A stretch of 8,006 nt of DNA from Octopus sinensis (lineage: Eukaryota). The notes beneath the pieces were generated by a model. It was given only the letters and a program-made list of their open reading frames with translations. It was not told the DNA's origin and made no database searches. Position 1 is the first letter of the stretch, and the number at the start of each line of letters is the position of its first letter. Below, one piece after another: positions 1 through 7,464 of this stretch. Location of the stretch: the NCBI RefSeq assembly GCF_006345805.1, contig NW_021828541.1:1-8006 (forward strand), in the 5' to 3' direction. The position numbers were made by a program, and so were the translations under genes.

Positions 1-5
<5 letters not shown>

Positions 6-42
<37 letters not shown>

Positions 43-69
43 TATATATATATATATATATATATATAT
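6..69. repeat. (TA)n microsatellite
   Basis: Near-perfect TA dinucleotide run read directly, with one G interruption. Confidence 0.98.
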
Positions 70-70
70 C

Positions 71-206
71 GTAGAACTAGTAGAAGGATAACTTTTTTCC
101 AACACGTAAATACTGAACAGTATATATAAAGGATAAAATCCTTTTAAGACCAGAAAAATTTGCAGGCAAAAAAAAAGAATAGAAAATAAAGTTCTACTTG
201 TTCTAC
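71..206. repeat. 15-bp imperfect inverted repeat pair (MITE-like or hairpin element)
   Basis: GTAGAACTAGTAGAA (71-85) versus TTCTACTTGTTCTAC (192-206): 14/15 complementary. Internal hairpin AAAGGAT/ATCCTTT (128-134/138-144). Confidence 0.5.
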
Positions 207-350
207 AATAGATTTCAACGATTGAAAAGAAAACAAAAAACAAACAAAACTTATGTTTGCTTACATATGACGTAATATATATATACTTATACAGGTAAAT
301 AAAACCTTCGAACAGAGACGATCAGTGGCTACACCTGCTGGGTCGACCTC

Positions 351-393
351 GCTACATTGACAAAGGGCAAATACCCTGAAACGCGTCTGTAGC
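351..393 (+). ncRNA. Minimal type I hammerhead ribozyme motif with degenerate core (Penelope/retrozyme-type)
   Basis: Stem I GCTACA (351-356)/TGTAGC (388-393); core TTGACAA (357-363; canonical CTGANGA, 2 changes); stem II AGGG-caaata-CCCT (364-377); GAAAC-GC-GTC (378-387) with a GUC cleavage triplet. Confidence 0.8.
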
Positions 394-561
394 TGTCTGA
401 CTGGCTGTGTAAAGCGGTTGACCTCCCTTGTTCGAAGGTTATAATGGACACAGTTTGTGTGTCAAATAGCTATCTTAAGGCGATGGCCTCATGGAGCTAA
501 TCAGCGACAGCTTTTAGTCTTATATCTATAAGACTGCCATATTAATATGGCGATAACAATT

Positions 562-622
562 AATATACATATATACATATATGTATATTCACACACATAT
601 ATATACATATATCAATATATAG

Positions 623-653
<31 letters not shown>

Positions 654-666
654 ATATAATATATAT
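562..666. repeat. Interrupted (TA)n/(TACA)n microsatellite
   Basis: Read directly from the sequence. Confidence 0.93.
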
Positions 667-764
667 CAGATGTTATATATTTTGGTTAATGAGATGTCAG
701 TGTTATTTTCATTTTTACGTAATGTAGACGACAGTTTATACGCCGCATCCTGTATATCTCTATC

Positions 765-2334
765 TGCGGCTGGATAACCGCTTTGTACAGAGGCATCCGT
801 TTGGTAATTCGCGTAAATGGACATCTATCGAGACCTTTCGACATCGCACGTTCGGTCCGTCAGGGATGCTCCCTCTCGTAGCTTCTATACGTATTGACTC
901 TCGAGCCATTATTGCGGAAGCTGACAACTTTGAGGGGCATCCCGCGAGAACTGGGATGCGGGACGAGCGTGTCTGCATACGCGGACGACGTCACCGCCAT
1001 AGTGTCTAGCCACGAGCACATCGAGCAGGTCGGCGAGACACTGAAAAACTACGAAGCGGTACAGGAGCGAAAATCAACCGGGAAAAGTCAGTGGGCTTGC
1101 AACTAGGCACCTGGAAAAGAAAGCCCATGCCGTCCACCAGCGCCTCCGTCGTGGGACGCTGTACCGACGGTCCGGTCGAGTTGCTCGGGGTCTGGTTCGG
1201 TCCGGACCTCCAAGTGGAGAAGAACTGGAACGAGATAACGAGTAGGGTGGTCACTCTCGCCCAGCAATGGGCCGAGAGGAAACTGTCCCTAAAAGGTCGG
1301 GCGGAGGTGGCGAACACGTACATCGCGTCCGTCATCTACTACCGCCTGACCGTCGTGCCTTGTCCCGACCCTACCATCACCAAACTAGAACGCATTCTCT
1401 TTCGCTTCTTGTGGAAAGGATGCGTCCCGATGGTCAGGCGATCCATTTGCTGTCAACACCTGTTAAAAGGAGAACTGGGCATGTCGTGGTTGATGATGCG
1501 CAGACACGCGCTGAGACTGCGACATCTCAGGCTCTTCGTAGACGACGGAGGTGAACAGGTGTGGTCGCGTTTGTGAGGCACTCTTTCCCGCAGCTCGTCT
1601 CCATGACCGAACGCAGTCGTGGAACAAAAGAGGCCGAGGAAGGGCGAATGGCACAGCGAGTGTCGCGTTGCTCTCACAACTCTGCCGTCCTGGGTCGACC
1701 TTGAGTGATTTCATCACAACCAAAGCATTCTATAGGGGATTAGGGGGGGAGGTACGACGACGAGCTCGGGGAGAACCTGGACGTCGACGAGGAGTACCTG
1801 ACCCGCCTGTTCGGGACGACTTTCGGGCCAGGGCCCTGGACAACTTCCAGAGATCCCTGCCTGGCAGTGCTACCGAGAAGCGCTACTACCCGTTCGGGAT
1901 AAGCTCTACAGATACGGCTCGAGAACCGGGGCCGACCTGCCCGAGATGCGGGCAGAGCGACGAAACCGTTCTGCACGCACTCGTGCAGTGTCCAACAATC
2001 TCCGACCTGTGGGCTTATGTCGAACGACTGCTGTCACGTGTGGGACGAGTCAGTTTATCAGCTGAGTCTATCGTCAGTATTGTCACGCCTCCTTCCTTCA
2101 AACGGGAAAGAAGAGCTATTTTCACCCTCCTTGTGGCTATGGCGAAAGAATGTATTTGGTGGACGCGTCTCAAAGGATTGGAGACAAATACTTTCCTCTC
2201 TGGTCAATCTCTCATGAACGTCTTCAAGTACCACTTGAAAAGGAAAGTGACAGTAGAGAGGCAAGTTTTGTCTAGCGAATGTAGCAAGGATGGCACGTAT
2301 GAATGACGAAGCCACCTTGAGCATAATCCTATGA
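765..2334 (+). pseudogene. Disrupted ORF2 (reverse transcriptase C-terminal half + zf-RVT-like CCHC domain) of copy 1
   Basis: Frame from 765 reads CGWITALYRGIRLVIRVNGHLSRPFDIARSVRQGCSLS*LLYVLTLEP...YADD, with a TAG at 879-881 and YADD at 978-989. A 1-bp loss near 1060 precedes TGAKINREKS. Then LLGVWFG...NW...W..RKLSLKGR...FLWKG. CPRCGQSDETVLHALVQC (CX2CX8HX4C) at 1938-1991. Reconstructed end VARMARMNDEATLSIIL* with TGA at 2332-2334. Several further frameshifts. Confidence 0.92.
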
Positions 2335-2757
2335 ACCCAGAAATTGAAAACAGAGGGTGCAAACAAATGTGGTAACATATAACAATATTGACCAAGGTTA
2401 CCGTGGTCTTTTTCGTAGGCTTTTCTTCCCACGGATAAACCTTACTTGCTTTCCCCTTTACACCATACATCATAACACTGTGATACACGATCCCTATTCA
2501 TCGTTTTTTCCTCCTCTTCCCCTCCCCCCCCTTTTCTTCTTTTTTCATTTCTCTTTTCTTTTGTTCCTTTTCCTTTTTTTCCTTTTTAACTTTTTTTAAT
2601 TTTATTTTTTGTTCTCTTTTTCCCTTTTCCGATCTCTTTTGATCGAAAACCTACGCCACCTCTTTTTCTTGTTTCTTTTGTTTTTTTGTTTTTTCACCCC
2701 TTAAAAGAAAAGCTCTACCTTGTAACTTGTTCCATCTGTGTGCAGCCCTGTGTGGCC

Positions 2758-2763
2758 AATAAA
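2758..2763 (+). promoter_or_regulatory. AATAAA polyadenylation-type signal at the 3' end of copy 1
   Basis: AATAAA 6 nt before the repeat tail, conserved in copy 2. Confidence 0.6.
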
Positions 2764-2768
2764 GAAAC

Positions 2769-2769
<1 letters not shown>

Positions 2770-2824
<55 letters not shown>

Positions 2825-2826
2825 TC

Positions 2827-2888
<62 letters not shown>

Positions 2889-2893
2889 TCATA

Positions 2894-2974
<81 letters not shown>

Positions 2975-2986
2975 ATCTATCTATCT
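2770..2986. repeat. (TATC)n / (GATA)n array between the two LINE copies
   Basis: About 217 bp of TATC with TATTCA, TATTCATA and TTTC variant units. Confidence 0.98.
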
Positions 2987-3739
2987 GTGGATCAAAAAGA
3001 GGCCGAGGAAGGGCGAATGGCACCGCGAGTGTCGCGTTGCTCTCAAGCAACTCTGCCGTCCTGGGTCGACCTTAAGTGACTTCAACACAACCAAAGCATT
3101 CTATAGGGTTTAGTGGAGGGGAGTACGACGACGAGCTCGGGGCGAACCTGGACGTCGACGAGGAGTACCTGACCCGCCTGTTCGGGACGACTTTCGGGCC
3201 AGGGCCCATGGACAACTTCCAGAGATCCCTGGCCTGGCAGTGCTACCGAGAAGCGCTACCGTTCGGGATAAGCTCTACAGACACGGCTCGAGAAACCCGG
3301 GGCCGACCTGCCCGAGATGCGGTCAGAGCGACGAAAACCGTTTCTGCACGCACTCGTTCAGTGTCCAACAATTTCCGACCTGTGGGCTTATGTCGAACAA
3401 CTGCTGTCACGTGTGGGACGAGTCGGTTTATCAGCTGAGTCTATCGTCAATATTGTCACGCCTCCTTCCTTCAAACGGGAAGGAAGAGCTATTTTCATCA
3501 TCCTTGTGGCTATGGCGAAAGAATGTATCTGGTGGACGCGTCTGAAAGGATTGGGGAGACAAACACTTTCCTCTCTGGTCAATCTCTCATCAACTTCTTC
3601 AAGTACCACTTGAAAAGGAAAGTGAGAGTAGAGAGAGAGAGCATTTTGTCTAGCGAATGTTTTAAAAAAAGATGGGTGAATGTAGCAAGAGGCACGTACA
3701 CGTATGAATGACGAAGCCACCTTGAGCATAGTCCTATGA
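2987..3739 (+). pseudogene. Disrupted ORF2 C-terminus of copy 2
   Basis: WIKKRPRKGEWHRECRVALKQLCRPG..., a frameshifted CCHC knuckle at 3309-3364, ...SECFKKRWVNVAR..., and the ancestral stop TGA at 3737-3739. Confidence 0.9.
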
Positions 3740-4127
3740 ACCCAGAAATCGAAAACAGAGAGTTGCTTATTTGCAAAAAAAAAAAAAAAAAAAAAGAAAT
3801 ATAAAAGGTGACTTCATTGACCGAGGTTACCGTGGTCTTTTCCGTAGGCTTTCTTTCCACGGGTAAACCTCACCTGTCCTCCCCTTTACACTTCATATTG
3901 ACATTTCTGTGATAACGATCCCTATTGATCAATTTTTTTTTTCCTCTCCCCCCTTTTTTTTTTTTTTTTTTTAACCCCCACCCCCTTTTTTTTTTGTCCT
4001 CTTTCTCTCCTTTTACGATCCCTTTTGATCGAAACTCCCCCCCTTCCTTTTTTTTTTTTTTTTTTTTAACCTTCAAAAGAAAGCTCTACCTTGTAATTTG
4101 TTCTATCTGTGTGCAGCCCGTGTGGCT

Positions 4128-4133
4128 AATAAA
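4128..4133 (+). promoter_or_regulatory. AATAAA polyadenylation-type signal at the 3' end of copy 2
   Basis: Same position relative to the tail as in copy 1. Confidence 0.6.
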
Positions 4134-4139
4134 GAAACA

Positions 4140-4240
4140 TATCTATCTATTTATTCATATATCTATCTATTCATATATCTATTCATATATCTATCTATCT
4201 ATCTATTCATCTATCTGTCTATCTATCTATCTATTCCTCC

Positions 4241-4328
<88 letters not shown>

Positions 4329-4348
4329 CACCATCAATCAATCTATCC
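4140..4348. repeat. (TATC)n array following copy 2
   Basis: TATC units with TATTCATA, TATTCA and TGTC variants; degenerate end at 4329-4348. Confidence 0.97.
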
Positions 4349-4956
4349 AGCTGCCTGCCTGAACATCATTAACACAGAAGAAACCATAATTGACTGAAAT
4401 GAATTTCATATTATTTTCTTTATTCAGATCATGTTCAGTAACAAACTGTGAACGAAATCGATTTATGCGGTCTTCCTCGTGTTTAATAATTCATTTATAT
4501 TCATATATATCGAGCTGCCTTCCTCCTGTATAATGAGGTTGAGAGATTCGGCCAAAAGAATACAAAGGTTTGAGTGTTTGAACGCTAGAAATTTTCAGTA
4601 TTTCAGCGCTGATATGAGCGTGACTCAGAGTAATTATTGAGTGAATGATAATAGAATAAGCAGCTGAAGTGGATCGAAGTGCTCAGGAATGAGTGGTCAC
4701 ACAAATCGATAATCCGGTGATGTCATTGATCCTCTTCCGTTGTAGCTGTTGTTTCCTCCGTCAGCAGCTCTTCATTCATTTGACAGAAACTACTCTTAAT
4801 CTTGTTGGGTGCTCATCGTCCCCTTTAATCAAGAAAATGGCTTCGATCCTCGAACACCTGAATTGAGACAGGTATTTCTGGGTTACGTGATACATTGATA
4901 TAATATATCGATATATAATATATTATACATATTGTATAAAATTATATATAGTATAA

Positions 4957-5070
4957 GCGCAGGAATGGCTGCGTGGTAAGTAGCTTGCTTAGAAACCACT
5001 TGGTTCTGGGTTCTGTCCCATTGCGGTTCAGTCCCACTTCTACTATAGCCTCGGGCCGACCAAAGCCTGT
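4957..5070 (+). mobile_element. tRNA-derived SINE 5' fragment (octopus-type by recollection), internally rearranged
   Basis: A-box-like TGGCTGCGTGGT (4966-4977) and B-box-like GGTTC(T/A)GTCCCA twice (5009, 5025), then TTCTACTATAGCCTCGGGCCGACCAAAGCCT. It resembles an abundant Octopus SINE as I remember it; not verified by search. Confidence 0.75.
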
Positions 5071-5234
5071 CTGGGATTCCTAAAATATGGCAACACTAAA
5101 CGAACAGGGTATTTTCACACCTTTTAACCTATAGAGAGATATATTCTCCTTTTAACACTGAAATATGTGATACACACATTCCAACTTACCTAATTTTGCG
5201 TATATAATGTGTGTATATATATATATAATATATA

Positions 5235-5402
5235 TTCAACAACATTGAGGAACGGCCCCGATAGGCCATTCGACCCACTAGAAAGAGCAGCCAAGACTCA
5301 AACCGCTAAATAGTAGTAGTTCAAAAATTAAAGGAAGATTAAAAAATCGTTTACTCTATTTATCTTTAGACAATGCATTGTTTCGACGTTCTTTATGGCA
5401 AA
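5235..5402. repeat. 168-bp direct repeat, copy A
   Basis: Aligns without gaps to 5704-5871 with 8 substitutions by manual count (about 95% identity). Confidence 0.95.
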
Positions 5403-5703
5403 CCAGCCTAATTAAATTAAATTAAATTTAATCAAGTCAATCTACCATCGGTAAAGAAGCCAGGAGGAATAGATATACACGAGGTAGCAGCATTTTTGCC
5501 TCGGGAATATATACCCTAAATTTTCAAAACCACCGTAATCGCGCCAACTTATCAGCAGCAAATATAAACTGCTGATTCAATTTCAGAATTAGTCAGAAAA
5601 TCATTAATTAATCAATATAAGGGTAGCAAAAAATTCAATAGAAATATTTTGCCACCAGCGGTCTAGTGAGAAAGAGAAAATAGTCACAGACTATGTATAT
5701 AAT

Positions 5704-5871
5704 TTCAACAACATTGAGGAGCGGCCCCGATAGGCCATTCGACCCACTAGAAAGAGCAGCCAAGACTCAAATCGCTAAATAGTAGTAATTCAGAAATTAA
5801 AGGAAAATTAAAAAAACATTTACCCTATTTATCTTTAGACAATGCATTGTTTCGACGTTCTTTATGGCAAA
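5704..5871. repeat. 168-bp direct repeat, copy B
   Basis: Second copy of 5235-5402; period 469 bp; followed directly by (TA)n. Confidence 0.95.
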
Positions 5872-5884
5872 TATATATATATTT

Positions 5885-5929
<45 letters not shown>
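5872..5929. repeat. (TA)n microsatellite
   Basis: Read directly from the sequence. Confidence 0.96.
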
Positions 5930-5933
<4 letters not shown>

Positions 5934-6035
5934 AAAAAATATGAAGTTCGAAAATCCTGCTATATATATACAATTTTTAATTTTTATCTATACATATAAC
6001 ATGTTCAGTTCCTGAAATGAAGTTATTAAAAAGCT

Positions 6036-6370
<335 letters not shown>

Positions 6371-6522
6371 ATGTACATGCAGCCATACATACATGAACAC
6401 AAAATTTTGACAGCTTCGACGTTGCTGCCTTTGTTGGCTGTCAAGTTAAGTTTTGGATCATCTTGAGGGTGGGATATGATGGTCCCAAAGAGGATCTGAT
6501 ATAAAAACGTATCACTGTGAAG

Positions 6523-6584
6523 TATATATATAATATATTATATATATATATATATATTTATATAATATATATAATATATATATA
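6523..6584. repeat. Interrupted (TA)n microsatellite
   Basis: Read directly from the sequence. Confidence 0.94.
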
Positions 6585-6903
6585 ACCTTTATGGGAAATT
6601 AACTGGGTGGGCATAGATGAGTTCCTGAAGCAATATCTTGAAAATGTTTTAGACAAGAAAAGCGACAAAAATGGTATTATTTGATAAATTTAAACAGGTC
6701 TGAAATCCCACATAACTGTTCTGTCTTTATTTTCCTTAAAGAAATAAATGTGAAACACATATTTAATGTATTGAGTGATTCATCATTTGATAAAAATAGA
6801 AGTATATATATATAGTTCATGTTTATAGAAAAACAAAGACGAAGACAGGTGTAGGAACAACAAGAAAGTGTAATAGTTTGATGCTCGGGAAAAATGGAAA
6901 AGT

Positions 6904-6939
6904 CTTTTATGTTTCGAGCCGACGCTCTTCGACAGAAAG
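6904..6939 (-). ncRNA. Degenerate minimal hammerhead ribozyme motif (Penelope-type, probably dimer-type stem III)
   Basis: Minus strand reads CTTT-CTGTCGA-A-GAGC-gtcg-GCTC-GAAAC-ATA-AAAG. Stem I is CTTT/AAAG and stem II is GAGC/GCTC. The core differs from CTGACGA...GAAACGTA at two positions. Confidence 0.6.
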
Positions 6940-6971
6940 TAATAAGAGGAAATAAAAGAAATAAAAGGAAA

Positions 6972-7064
<93 letters not shown>
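6972..7064. repeat. Perfect (TATC)n array
   Basis: About 23 uninterrupted TATC units. Confidence 0.98.
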
Positions 7065-7066
<2 letters not shown>

Positions 7067-7409
7067 ATATACATATATACATATGCATATAAGCAAAACA
7101 TTCAAACACTGAGATTTGAAATCAGATGTCACTACTGTTCATATCATCTGTGGATACATTTTAAAATTGATGATATACCAGCAGTGACATAGGTGGATCT
7201 CAGGCGCAACAGCATTAAATAGCTATGAATTATAAATTTGGACGAAGCGTAAGGATCCTTAACCACCATCCACCTGCTAGAAATAAGAGCTAAAGTCTTA
7301 AATTTGTCCACCGTACCGCACCAAGATAACATAGAAAAACAGTATGCGAGGAAAACAGAAAGAATGAAAACATTTAACGGCACAAATAAAAATATGCAAT
7401 TAGGGATAT

Positions 7410-7464
7410 CCACAAACTAGGTTTCGGCTTCTGGGTATTTAAACCCTGAGCCTCGTCAGTGTGG
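7410..7464 (-). ncRNA. Type I hammerhead ribozyme with intact consensus core
   Basis: Minus strand reads CCACA-CTGACGA-GGCT-ca-GGGT-ttaaat-ACCC-aga-AGCC-GAAAC-cta-GTT-TGTGG. Stem I is CCACA/TGTGG, the core is an exact CUGANGA/GAAA, stem II has two parts, stem III is a minimal AC/GT, and the NUH triplet is GUU. Confidence 0.88.

Larger units (their letters stand above)
765..2769 (+). mobile_element. 5'-truncated L1/Tx1-like non-LTR retrotransposon, copy 1
   Basis: RT C-terminal motifs, a CCHC knuckle, a pyrimidine-rich 3' UTR (2335-2769) and AATAAA at 2758. GC/CpG-rich body in AT-rich flanks. Begins just after ...CTCTATC and ends at a (TATC)n array. The Tx1 assignment rests on motif style, not on a phylogeny. 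Confidence 0.9.
2987..4139 (+). mobile_element. 5'-truncated L1/Tx1-like non-LTR retrotransposon, copy 2
   Basis: Colinear with copy 1 from position 1619 onward (GTGGA.CAAAA...). Same ORF2 end, 3' UTR blocks and AATAAAGAAAC terminus, followed by (TATC)n. Confidence 0.9.

Noticed and set aside
547-777. 76-aa ORF and other IY-rich ORFs (5977-6195, 6163-6396)
   Set aside because: These are translations of (TA)n microsatellites with no coding signal.
836-865. Minus-strand CTGACGG...GTCGAAA hammerhead-like string
   Set aside because: The core is imperfect, there is no stem I or NUH geometry, and it lies in the RT RQGC coding motif, so chance explains it.
1551-2306. 251-aa ORF as an intact gene
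   Set aside because: It is a chimera of out-of-frame and in-frame ORF2 segments produced by frameshifts; only part of it is true ORF2.
760-2488. Minus-strand and alternate-frame ORFs over the LINE copies (also 3388-3860)
   Set aside because: These are shadow ORFs of GC-rich ORF2 sequence. The RT and CCHC motifs lie on plus and are split by frameshifts.
2686-3079. IYLS-repeat ORFs (also 3925-4397 and 6894-7112)
   Set aside because: These are translations of (TATC)n arrays and poly-T UTR sequence.
4743-4770. Minus-strand AGCTG-CTGACGG-AG-GAAAC-AA-CAGCT
   Set aside because: It has a stem I-like pairing but no stem II and no NUH triplet, so it cannot form a hammerhead.
4520-4870. Moderately GC-rich island tested as a host exon
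   Set aside because: The frames I translated from a candidate minus-strand acceptor (about 4857-4861) close within about 30 codons, and I recognised no motif.
5430-5520. Spacer peptide QVNLPSVKKPGGIDI, faintly like the LINE LP...GGLG motif
   Set aside because: It is too short, stops immediately and has no supporting neighbouring motifs.
6407-6444. Hairpin TTGACAGC/GCTGTCAA with inner G-U pairs
   Set aside because: It is too short for a pre-miRNA, and an isolated 8-bp inverted repeat is expected by chance in 8 kb.
6586-6690. Short open frame LWEINWVGIDEFLKQYLENVLDKKSDKNG
   Set aside because: It has no start codon or splice acceptor (it is preceded by TA repeats) and no recognisable family.
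7273-7298. CCTGCTAGAAATAAGAGCTAAAGTCT, similar to CCCACTAGAAAGAGCAGCCAAGACT in the 168-bp repeats
   Set aside because: The similarity is short and patchy. It may be a shared SINE remnant but cannot be supported without alignment.
7144-7413. 89-aa minus-strand ORF downstream of the intact hammerhead
   Set aside because: It shows no GIY-YIG or RT motifs and is probably non-coding element sequence.
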